Source of the DNA: Sphingomonas sp.
GTDB lineage: Bacteria; Pseudomonadota; Alphaproteobacteria; Sphingomonadales; Sphingomonadaceae
Assembly (NCBI GenBank): GCA_965248885.1
Contig: OZ252211.1
Span: 661,179 to 725,178, forward strand
Direction of reading: 5' to 3'
DNA length: 64,000 nucleotides
Shown piece by piece: positions 17,936-26,327 of this stretch. The notes beneath the pieces were generated by a model that worked only from the letters and a program-made list of their open reading frames with translations, did not search any database and was not told where the DNA came from. The first letter of the stretch is position 1; the number at the start of each line of letters is the position of its first letter. Both the position numbers and the translations under genes were made by a program.

Positions 17936-20080
17936 ATGTACCGCATTCACTACTTCCGTCGCGCCCTGATCCCGGCCATTGCACTTCTGGTTTCGCTGCC
18001 CGTGATGGGAGCGCTGGGTGCCAGCGCCGCGCCAGCTGCCGCTGCCGACGCCTCGGAGGGTCAGGAGGATGGCCCGCGAGCGGGCACGCTGATGTTGCGC
18101 GGTTTGAAGGCGACCGACGCTGTGCCGGCCATGCGGCTCGGTACCGACATGGATGTCACCGTATCCGGCAGCGTTGCGCGGGTGCGAGTGACGCAAGCGT
18201 TCCGCAACACGTCGGACAAGTGGATGGAGGCGGTTTATCTCTACCCGTTGCCCGACAATGGTGCGGTCGACAGCCTAAAGATGGTGGTCGGCAACCGCGT
18301 AATCGTCGGGCAGATCGAAAAGCGTGAAGCGGCGCGCGCCATCTATGAGCGAGCCAAGGCGAACGGGCAGAAGGCCGGACTGGTCGAGCAGCAGCGCCCC
18401 AACATGTTCACCAACAGCGTCGCCAATGTCGGCCCGGGCGAGACGGTGCTGATCTCGATCGAATATCAGGCGCCCGTCGCGCAAGCGAGCGGCACCTATT
18501 CGCTGCTCCTGCCGCTGGTGGTAGGTCCGCGCTATGCACCGCCGCACACGCTGCGCTCGGGCGCTGCAATGGCGGACGCAAACGCGGTCACCTCGGCGCC
18601 GGTGATGAACCCGAAGACGGGAGTCACGCTCAATCCGACCTCGGTCACCGTGCATCTCCAGCCCGGCTTCGACACGGCGAATGTGATCAGCCGTTATCAC
18701 CGCATCGTGGTCGGCGGTCGCGGGGATAGTCGCACGATCAAGCTCGCGGCCGCCAGCGTGCCGGCCGATCGCGATTTCGAGTTAAACTGGCGTTCCGCCT
18801 CGGCCGATCCGACGTTGGCGTTGTTCCGCCAGCATACGGATGACGGCGACTATGTGATGGCGACGGTCACGCCGCCTGCGGATCTCTCAAGCCTCCCTAC
18901 GCCGCCGCGCGAGATGGTGTTCGTGATCGACAATAGCGGGTCGATGGGGGGCGCGTCGATGAACGAGGCGAAGGCGAGCCTGCTGCACGCGCTGACGACG
19001 CTGCGGCCGCAGGATCACTTCAACATCATTCGGTTTGACGACACGCTCACTCAACTGTTCGACCACAGCGTCGCGGCCACGCCCGACCAGGTCGCGCTTG
19101 CAACGCGGTTCACGCAAGGGCTGGAGGCGAGCGGCGGCACCGAGATGTTGCCGGCGCTGCGCGCTGCGCTGAAGGACGCGGCGGCGAGCGGCGGGCCCGA
19201 GACGCTGCGCCAAGTGATTTTCCTCACCGACGGCGCGGTTTCGGACGAACAGGAGATGATGGCGGCGATCGGGCAGGACGGCGCGCGCAGCCATGTCTTC
19301 TTCGTCGGGATCGGCTCGGCACCGAACGACTTTCTGATGAGCCGCATGGCGACGCTGGGGCGCGGTGCCTACACCCATGTCGGCACGCCCGAAGAGGTCG
19401 CGGCGCGGATGCTGCCGTTGCTCGATATGCTTGGCCACCCTGCGATGCAGGATCTGGCCGTGAAGATCGAAGGCGCCTCGCTCGACATGACGCCGCGGAC
19501 GCTGCCCGACCTTTATGCCGGTCAGCCGCTGGTGCTGGTCGGCAAAACCAAGCATCTGTCGGGCAGAATTACGATCAGCGGCATGATCGGGGGAAAAAGC
19601 TGGGTTCGTACGATCGACCTCGCCAAGGCAGCGGAAAGCCCGGCCGTTGCGAAGCTCTGGGCGCGGCGCCGGATCGACGACATCGAGGCGGATCGTACCC
19701 TCGGGAAGATGGACGAAGCGGCCGCCGATGCCGCGATCACCGAGATCGGGCTGACGAGCGGACTGGTCACCAGCCAGACGAGCCTGATCGCGGTCGACCG
19801 GACGCCGACGCGCCCGGCCGGCGAAGGGCTGGTGAAGGAGGATTTGCCGCTCAACCTGCCCGCCGGCTGGGACTTCGACACCTTGTTCGGCGGCGAGAGT
19901 GGTCAGGCCGCGCTGCGCAATACCGACACGATGGCGGCGCGCGCTGCCGAGCAGGCGAGGCAGCTCGACCTTCCGCAGACCGCGACCGGGTTCATGGGTG
20001 CGATCGCTCAAGGCGCGGCCTTGCTACTGGTCGGGTTGTGCGGCCTGCTGCTGCTCCGCCGTCGGGGAGCGCGGGCATGA
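17936..20080 (+). CDS. marine-proteobacterial sortase target protein (VIT + vWA, C-terminal LPQTATG sorting signal, TM helix, RRRGARA tail)
   Basis: 714 aa with a signal peptide, a vWA MIDAS motif (VFVIDNSGSM) and a C-terminal LPQTATG-hydrophobic-RRRG sequence. Matches the described VIT/vWA sortase-substrate family. Confidence 0.9.
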   Translation: MYRIHYFRRALIPAIALLVSLPVMGALGASAAPAAAADASEGQEDGPRAGTLMLRGLKATDAVPAMRLGTDMDVTVSGSVARVRVTQAFRNTSDKWMEAVYLYPLPDNGAVDSLKMVVGNRVIVGQIEKREAARAIYERAKANGQKAGLVEQQRPNMFTNSVANVGPGETVLISIEYQAPVAQASGTYSLLLPLVVGPRYAPPHTLRSGAAMADANAVTSAPVMNPKTGVTLNPTSVTVHLQPGFDTANVISRYHRIVVGGRGDSRTIKLAAASVPADRDFELNWRSASADPTLALFRQHTDDGDYVMATVTPPADLSSLPTPPREMVFVIDNSGSMGGASMNEAKASLLHALTTLRPQDHFNIIRFDDTLTQLFDHSVAATPDQVALATRFTQGLEASGGTEMLPALRAALKDAAASGGPETLRQVIFLTDGAVSDEQEMMAAIGQDGARSHVFFVGIGSAPNDFLMSRMATLGRGAYTHVGTPEEVAARMLPLLDMLGHPAMQDLAVKIEGASLDMTPRTLPDLYAGQPLVLVGKTKHLSGRITISGMIGGKSWVRTIDLAKAAESPAVAKLWARRRIDDIEADRTLGKMDEAAADAAITEIGLTSGLVTSQTSLIAVDRTPTRPAGEGLVKEDLPLNLPAGWDFDTLFGGESGQAALRNTDTMAARAAEQARQLDLPQTATGFMGAIAQGAALLLVGLCGLLLLRRRGARA

Positions 20081-20691
20081 TGCGCGCTCCCGCCAACGTT
20101 GGCCGCGTCTCCGGACGCGGCCTCGCCATGATCGCGTCGGCGGTGTTGTGCGCGTTTGGCGTCCTGCAGATCGCGGCCGGGGCGCTGATCCCCGCCAAGG
20201 CGTTCGCCGCCCAGCTCCTGCTTCAGCGTGCGTTCGATCGGAGCGTTGCGCAGCACCGGCCGATAAAACCTTGGTATTGGGCGGATATGGCGCCGGTCGC
20301 CCGGATCAGCGTGCCGCGACTCGGCATCGACCGGATCGTACTGGATACGGGCTCGGGACAGGCGATGGCGTTCGGCCCGACGCTGCTCCCCGGCAGCGCG
20401 CCGCTGGGCAAGCCGGGTGTCTCAGTGATCAGCGCCCACCGTGACACCCACTTCCGGTTCCTGAAAGACGTCCGCGTTGGGGACCGGATCGACCTCGAGA
20501 GCATCGATGGGGTCCGCTGGCACTATCAGGTAATTGGAAATGACGTCGTTGCATGGGACGAGTTCGCGGTGCCGCTGCAAGGGGCGGGCAGCGCGCTGGC
20601 GTTGTCGACCTGCTATCCGTTTGACCAGATCCAACACGGACCTTTGCGCTACGTCGTGCGGGCCGCGGCAATGAATTATCGCCACCCTTAA
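20077..20691 (+). CDS. class GN (marine proteobacterial) sortase
   Basis: Start ATG overlaps the target-gene stop (ATGA). TM anchor AMIASAVLCAFGVLQIAAGAL, catalytic His context ISAHRDTHFRFLKDV and Cys context LALSTCYPFD. Confidence 0.85.
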   Translation: MMRAPANVGRVSGRGLAMIASAVLCAFGVLQIAAGALIPAKAFAAQLLLQRAFDRSVAQHRPIKPWYWADMAPVARISVPRLGIDRIVLDTGSGQAMAFGPTLLPGSAPLGKPGVSVISAHRDTHFRFLKDVRVGDRIDLESIDGVRWHYQVIGNDVVAWDEFAVPLQGAGSALALSTCYPFDQIQHGPLRYVVRAAAMNYRHP

Positions 20692-21199
20692 CTCCGACAT
20701 AAAAGAAACCTAAAGCAGAAAGTCGAGCCGGGTCAGCACTCGGACAACCATATTGTTGGCCGACCGAACGAGGAACGACTCAGCTACCAGTTGGCCCGAA
20801 TTGACGCCCCGCGCCGGACCGTCTGTTTTGGCCGATCAGGCTGACGACGAGCAGACACAACGAACATCGCGCAGGACCACTGGAAGGTTATTGGCGGGCA
20901 TGTCGGCGTGCACTTGGCACAGTATATCGCTGATAAAGCCGCAGTGGTAGGTACGGTGATTAACGACGGTGAAGAGTGACCGGTTTCAAAGAGGCGACGT
21001 TCGACAAAGGTGTTTAGCACTGGCGATTCTGCCGAAATGCGAAGGAGATTCGGTCGTGTCGAAACGATAGGTTATAAAGCGAGTTGCTTGGCCGGTGATG
21101 GGTCCCAAGGGCTGTTCGCGGCATTGTTGCTTAGCCCCGCCGACCAGAGAACACGGTCATTTCGAACCTCCTCGAAAAACCGATCGAGGAACCCCGCCG

Positions 21200-21525
21200 C
21201 TAAGAACCATTCCAGCCTGAGCGCTCCAGTTCATCGTAGATCGGCGTGAGGTCACGGCGCGCGGCCTCAAGCAACCCTTCCGGTGCGGGCGGAATGTCCG
21301 CCCATTTGAAGATCGCGACGTCGGTCACAATCGCGTCGATCACCGTATCGGCCTCGCGCTCCCAACGGCGCACCTGCGCGTAGCTCACAGCGTCGCGCGG
21401 GTAGAGCGCGAGATCATCATGCTTGCGATCCAGATACCCGAGAATATCGGAAGAGTTGACCACCGTCAGGTCGCCATCGATCAAAATCGGTATTTCAGCG
21501 CGCGGATTGTAGCCGGGAGGGGCGA
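21200..21525 (-). pseudogene. glutathione S-transferase fragment (C-terminal ~105 aa; the N-terminal thioredoxin-fold strands are missing)
   Basis: ...PPGYNPRAEIPILIDGDLTVVNSSDILGYLDRKHDDLALYPRDAVSYAQVRRWEREADTVIDAIV... matches the GST region from the VPvL / S.aI..YL motif onward. Upstream in frame is junk that overlaps the RND fragment. Confidence 0.55.
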
Positions 21526-21538
21526 GCGCGCACCCGCG

Positions 21539-22519
21539 ATGCGCCTCGTGTTCGACCAGGAGCGACTGCGGCTGATGGGCCTCGATCCGGCGAGCGTGGC
21601 GCGCCAGGTCACTGCGCTCGTCTCGGGCGTGACGGTGAGCCAGGCAAGGACCGGTGACCGCGTCGTCGACGTCGTCGTGCGCGCACCTGAAGTCGAGCGG
21701 CGAGGGCTCGGCCAACTCGGCGATCTGACCATCGCCAACGCGACTGGGCAGGCAATCCCGCTCAGCGCCGTCGCCCGGCTCCAGCCCGAGTTCGAGGATC
21801 CCGTGCTCATCCGTCGTAACCGCGCGCCGACGATCAGCGTGCGGGCTGATGTGCGTCAAGGCGTGCAACCACCCGACGTGACCGCGTCGATCATGCCGAA
21901 CCTCAAGGCGCTGATCGTCGGCCTGCCGGAGGGCTACGCGCTCACACCTGCGGGCGCGGTCGAGGAAGCGGGCAAGGCCAATGCTGCGCTCGCGCCCATC
22001 TTTCCGATCATGGTGCTGCTGATGCTCGCTGTGATCATGTTCCAGACGCGCAGCTTCCGCATGACCGGGCTGGTGTTCGCGACCGCACCCCTCGGGCTGG
22101 TCGGCGCGGCGCCGTCGCTCGTGCTGACCGGCGCGCCGTTCGGGTTCAATGCGATCCTCGGGTTGATCGGCCTCGCCGGGATTCTGATGGGCAACACACT
22201 GATTCTGGTCGATCAGATCGACCTGGAGAAAGCGCGCGGGCTCGATGATCGCGACGCGGTGATCGAGGCAACAGTGCGGCGCGCCCGTCCCGTCCTGCTG
22301 ACCGCGCTCGCTGCGGTTTTCGCGTTCCTGCCGCTGACGCTGTCGAGCTTCTGGGGACCGCTCGCGATCGTTCTGATCGGGGGTACTCTATTCGGCACGG
22401 CAATTACGCTGTTCTTCCTGCCCGCGCTGTATGCGTTGTGGTTTCGGGTGCGAAGGGTACGCGGCACCGATGATCAGCCGCTCACTGCTGGTCGCAAGAT
22501 TGCCAGTGCAATCGGGTAG
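21539..22519 (+). pseudogene. RND efflux transporter (AcrB/CzcA family) C-terminal ~325 aa only; ~700 N-terminal residues absent
   Basis: MRLVFDQERLRLMGLDPASVARQVTAL ... then the last TM bundle (MVLLMLAVIMFQTRSF...LIGLAGILMGNTLILVDQID...LPALYALWFRV). A full RND pump is ~1,050 aa. This abuts the GST fragment. Confidence 0.7.
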
Positions 22520-22708
22520 GCCGGTTCGGCCGGCGTACCTTCAGGCAGCTCACCGATCTCGCAACGGCCAGCGTCTCGCCCGGTCATGCCCTGCCGGAAC
22601 TATCACGCGCAGTTAATCGCGTTATTGTTCTGGAGCCACCTCATCGGGAAGGTCTCGACGCGCTCGGACGTGTCGACGATCGCGTTCCAGTATAGGAAGA
22701 CCCTTGCC

Positions 22709-23368
22709 ATGATCAGTGAAGCGACCTTCGATCTTCTCACTGGGCTCGCCGCCGACAATTCGAAGGCTTGGTTCGACGCGCACCGGGACGCCATGCGGGA
22801 GCACGTCCAAGCGCCGTTTGCCGAGGTGCTGGCGGCGGTCAGCGAGCGCCTGGCCGATGGCCCGCTTCCGCTCAAGGGTGGCGAGGACACGATGTTCCGG
22901 ATGAATCGCGACGTCCGGTTCGCCAAGGACAAGTCGCCCTACAATACTCACGTTAGCGGGGTCCTGACGCGCGGTGGGACCAAGAAGGAAGACGACGGCC
23001 TGACGTATCTGCAGATGGATGCGCATGGCGGCCTCGTCGCCTGCGGCTTCTATAATTTGCCGCCCAAGGCCCTTGCGCCGATCCGCGATCGCATCGTCGA
23101 GCGGGCGGCGGAGTTCGATAAGGCGGTCCGGATGATTGTCGATGAAGGGTTCACGCTCGCTGACGATGACGTGCTCACCGGAATGCCCAACGGCTACGCT
23201 CAATACGCCGATGCTCCCTTCGCCGATCACCTCAAGCTGAAGTCGCTGGTGGTGACGTCCAGACTGCCGAAGGTTGCCTGGACGTCGGGCCGGGTCGTCG
23301 ACGAAGCCGTCCGGATGACAACAGCCTGCGCAGGGCTTGTCGCGTTCGGGAGAGCGGCGCGCCGATGA
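22709..23368 (+). CDS. DUF2461 (TIGR02453) family protein
   Basis: Start MISEATFDLLTGLAADNSKAWFDAHRDAMREHVQAPF... with motifs typical of DUF2461. Confidence 0.65.
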   Translation: MISEATFDLLTGLAADNSKAWFDAHRDAMREHVQAPFAEVLAAVSERLADGPLPLKGGEDTMFRMNRDVRFAKDKSPYNTHVSGVLTRGGTKKEDDGLTYLQMDAHGGLVACGFYNLPPKALAPIRDRIVERAAEFDKAVRMIVDEGFTLADDDVLTGMPNGYAQYADAPFADHLKLKSLVVTSRLPKVAWTSGRVVDEAVRMTTACAGLVAFGRAARR

Positions 23369-23431
23369 ACAAAGCGGGCGGATCGAGCACGACCTCAAAG
23401 TCTCGGCTGGCTATCCGGTCGTGGTGAAGGC

Positions 23432-24010
23432 ATGATTCCAACCGAGCGGTTCGAGCAAGTTGAGGTGTCAAGCATCGCTTCGCTGCGCGCGTGGCTCGCC
23501 GCGAACTACACCCGTCCCGAAGGCGTCTGGCTCGTCCGCTACCGCAAGTCGGTACCGGACAAGTTCGTCGACCGCCTCGATGTGCTCGACGAATTACTCT
23601 GCTTCGGATGGGTCGACGGGATTGCCCGCAAGCTCGATGCGGATAGGACGATGCAGCTCGTCTTTCCGCGAAAGCAACAGGCTTGGGCGCAAAGCTACAA
23701 GGATCGTGCCGCGCGCCTCGAACGTAACGGGCGCATGGCAGCGCCAGGCCGTAACGCGATCGAGGAGTCGAAGCGTCTCGGACTCTGGGATGCCTATGCC
23801 GCGATCGACGCCTTGCTGGTTCCAGACGATTTGCGGAGGGCCCTGAGGTGCGCGCCTGCCGCCGAACTGCGGTTCGATAACGCGCCGCCTTCCTATCGTC
23901 GCAACGTTCTACGCTGGCTTGGCCAGGCGAAGCGGGCGGACACCCGGAACCGGCGTATCGAGGTGATCGTCAGCGCAGCGGCGCAGGGCATCCGCGTTCC
24001 TCAAATGTAA
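23432..24010 (+). CDS. YdeI/OmpD-associated (DUF1801-like) family protein
   Basis: 192 aa; C-terminal ...[26 protein letters not shown] is typical of the YdeI/OmdA family. Confidence 0.6.
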   Translation: MIPTERFEQVEVSSIASLRAWLAANYTRPEGVWLVRYRKSVPDKFVDRLDVLDELLCFGWVDGIARKLDADRTMQLVFPRKQQAWAQSYKDRAARLERNGRMAAPGRNAIEESKRLGLWDAYAAIDALLVPDDLRRALRCAPAAELRFDNAPPSYRRNVLRWLGQAKRADTRNRRIEVIVSAAAQGIRVPQM

Positions 24011-24034
24011 AGCGCTGCTGTCGGTGGAACCGCG

Positions 24035-24625
24035 TTCAATTCGCCCAGACCACGAACACATCGGCGATGGGGCTGTTGGTGATCCACATTTTCGAGCCCG
24101 ACAGGATATAGCCATCGGCGACAGCGCGCGCGCGTCCGCATCGCGCCCGGATTGCTGCCTGCGTCCGGTTCGGTGAGGCCGAATGCACCGATCCATTCGC
24201 CGGTCGCGAGCCTGGGCAGATAGGTTTGGCGCTGCTCTTCGGAGCCGTAAGCCCAGATGGGGTACATCACGAGGCTGGACTGCACCGACATTGCGCTGCG
24301 ATAGGCCGAGTCGACCCGCTCCACTTCACGGGCGATCAGGCCATATGTGACATAGCTGACGCCGGGACACCCATAGCCCTCTATCGTTGGGCCCAATAAC
24401 CCCGCTGCGCCGAATTTGCGCATCAGCCCCTTGTCGAACGTTTCTTCGCGGTTCGACATTTTGACGATTGGCGCAAGCTCGGCGTCGCAAAAGGCGCGCC
24501 GTGTCGCGAACCATGCGCTCCTCGTCGGTTAGCTGCGCCTCGAGCAAAAACGGGTCGGTCCAGTCGAACGACGGCCACTTCGGTGCGCTGGGGTGAGCGG
24601 TGGAGGCGGCGAATGCGGTAGCCAT
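24035..24625 (-). pseudogene. gcdH: glutaryl-CoA dehydrogenase (acyl-CoA dehydrogenase) remnant: N-terminal ~195 aa with two frameshifts and a 3' truncation
   Basis: ATG 24625 (AAGGA RBS): [44 protein letters not shown], then frame change (TTTT for expected TTTTT near 24470) to ...[75 protein letters not shown]...[19 protein letters not shown] second shift in a (CG)n run near 24150 gives ...[26 protein letters not shown], then the homology ends. Confidence 0.75.
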
Positions 24626-24805
24626 TAGATAATCCTTCAATCGGGAATGACAGCGGTCGTTTCGATCTCGACCAGTGCTGGCGGTTCGACGAGCCGCCAC
24701 ACCTCGACAACTGCCTTCGCGGGATAGTCTTTGCCGTAACATCCCTTCAGGCAGCGCCGATTATCGGCAATTGCTCATGCGCAGTGCGGCGACCTGCACG
24801 CCTGA

Positions 24806-25014
24806 TCACCGCCAGCGCCCGGTTTCCATCCACTTGAGCACCGGCCCGAGCGGCACGATCCATACGATCCCCGCAACGAGGTAGACAATCGCCTCCGCCC
24901 AGCCGGGAAGGCGGCCGATGTACGGCGACAGGCCCGCGACGATCAGCGACCAGACGAGCACGATGGCGAGGATCAGACCGACGCCGAGCGGCTTGCGGAT
25001 CGAGGGCTCGGTCA
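24806..25014 (-). CDS. DUF2842-family small membrane protein (TTG start inferred)
   Basis: ~69 aa LTEPSIRKPLGVGLILAIVLVWSLIVAGLSPYIGRLPGWAEAIVYLVAGIVWIVPLGPVLKWMETGRWR with two TM helices. The ORF-track N-terminal extension is Arg-rich junk. Confidence 0.55.
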
Positions 25015-25584
25015 AGCGGCGTGCCACGCTGCTTCGGTGGCCACTGCGTGGAGCGGGACGTCCCAATCGTCGCGCGGCAGCGTGTCGATCCGCTGCGCTT
25101 CCCACGCAAGGCCGATGCGGCGCGCGTCGGGCAGGCGCGCAAACGCCGTATCATAATGCCCCGCACCATAGCCGAGCCGGTCGAGCGCATCGTCGAACGC
25201 GAGCAGCGGCGTCAGGATGACGTCGGGTACGACCTCGGGCGCGTCCCCATGCGGCTGGCGCAGCCCCATCGGCCCGGCCGGTAGCGGATCGCCGGGCGAC
25301 CAGCGCAGAAAGCGCAGACTCCCGCGCCGCGCAGTGACGTGCGGCAGCGCGATCGTCTTTCCGGCGCGCACCAGATGGTCGATCAGCGGCAGTGGGTCGA
25401 TCTCGCTGCCGATCGCGAGATAAGCGGCAACAACACGCGCGTCGCCGATGTGCGGTTCGACATTCCCTGCCAGCATGACGAATGCCGCGCATTGTTGTGC
25501 GGGCGACAGGCTCGCGACATGCGCCGCGCGCGCGGCCTTGGCGGCCTTGCGCAGATCAGGTTTGGCGAGTGGCGGGACCGCCAT
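25012..25584 (-). CDS. ygfA: 5-formyltetrahydrofolate cyclo-ligase (MTHFS)
   Basis: 190 aa with the MTHFS fold (…VAAYLAIGSEIDPLPLIDHLVRAGKTIALP… GYGAGHYD). Position downstream of zapA with an intervening RNA gene mirrors the E. coli zapA-ssrS-ygfA arrangement. Confidence 0.85.
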   Translation of the reverse strand: MAVPPLAKPDLRKAAKAARAAHVASLSPAQQCAAFVMLAGNVEPHIGDARVVAAYLAIGSEIDPLPLIDHLVRAGKTIALPHVTARRGSLRFLRWSPGDPLPAGPMGLRQPHGDAPEVVPDVILTPLLAFDDALDRLGYGAGHYDTAFARLPDARRIGLAWEAQRIDTLPRDDWDVPLHAVATEAAWHAA

Positions 25585-25587
25585 GGC

Positions 25588-25742
25588 CGTGTGCTCCGTA
25601 TATCCTCTGACGCACGGTACGTCAGGTGGGGACCATGTGCTTCGGGCCAGGACCCGGGCAGGGACAGCCCCCTAGGATTGATGAATAGCCTCAGGGATAT
25701 GATCGAGCTCGTACCGGGCAGACCCGCCACCGGACTATCTAG
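25588..25742 (-). ncRNA. ssrS: candidate 6S RNA (ssrS)
   Basis: 154-bp non-coding gap between zapA and ygfA on the same strand. Minus-strand RNA has long-range 5'/3' complementarity (5' ...GAUCAUAUCCCUGAGGC... with 3' ...CGUCAGAGGAUAUAC...; 5' CCGGUGG with 3' CCACCUG) around a central unpaired region, like the 6S closing stem and bubble. The ends are approximate. Confidence 0.5.
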
Positions 25743-26026
25743 GGTGTCGCGGCCTGCGCCTCAAGGGCATCGGCGATCCGCTCGATCCGCTCGGCGATCG
25801 CGGCGAGCAAGTCGGAGGCAGGCGGAGGATCCGTTTCGTCGGTATCGGCGAGCAAAAGCGCCGCGAACAGCAGCTGGCGGACTTCGCTGGCGTTGCCCAC
25901 CGCCGCGCGCGCCTCGGCCACCTTGGCGTCGACCTTGGCGGCAATGGCGTGCAGGTGCGCCTCGCCCCCATCGCGACACGCCACGCCGTAGCGATGTCCC
26001 CCGATCTCGAGTTCGACACTCGCCAT
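25739..26026 (-). CDS. zapA: cell division protein ZapA
   Basis: MASVELEIGGHRYGVACRDGGEAHLHAIAAKVDAKVAEARAAVGNASEVRQLLFAALLLAD..., a typical ZapA. Start codon overlaps the stop of the upstream DUF4164 gene. Confidence 0.8.
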   Translation of the reverse strand: MASVELEIGGHRYGVACRDGGEAHLHAIAAKVDAKVAEARAAVGNASEVRQLLFAALLLADTDETDPPPASDLLAAIAERIERIADALEAQAATP

Positions 26027-26199
26027 CAGCGCGCCTCGCTCGATTCGAGCCGCGCGATAATCGCGTCGAGATCGGCGAGCGCCGCGCGCACTTTGTCGGC
26101 GGCAACGCTTTGCGCCGGGGTCGCCGGACGACGCGCGAGCGCCGCCTCGGCGCGGGTCAACGCGGCTTCGATACGGGAAAAGGCAGGATCTTCTGTCAT
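26026..26199 (-). CDS. DUF4164-family coiled-coil protein (commonly precedes zapA in alphaproteobacteria)
   Basis: MTEDPAFSRIEAALTRAEAALARRPATPAQSVAADKVRAALADLDAIIARLESSEAR, 57 aa. Confidence 0.55.
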   Translation of the reverse strand: MTEDPAFSRIEAALTRAEAALARRPATPAQSVAADKVRAALADLDAIIARLESSEAR

Positions 26200-26327
26200 C
26201 GGAGTGCAACGAGATAGCGAAGTCGCCGCGCGCGGCAAGCGTTGCAGCGTTGACGCGTGCGCCAGCCCGTTACAAAGGGGCCACGACGGCCGCCAGTCCC
26301 GTGCGGCAACGGGAACTGGGGATTCGC

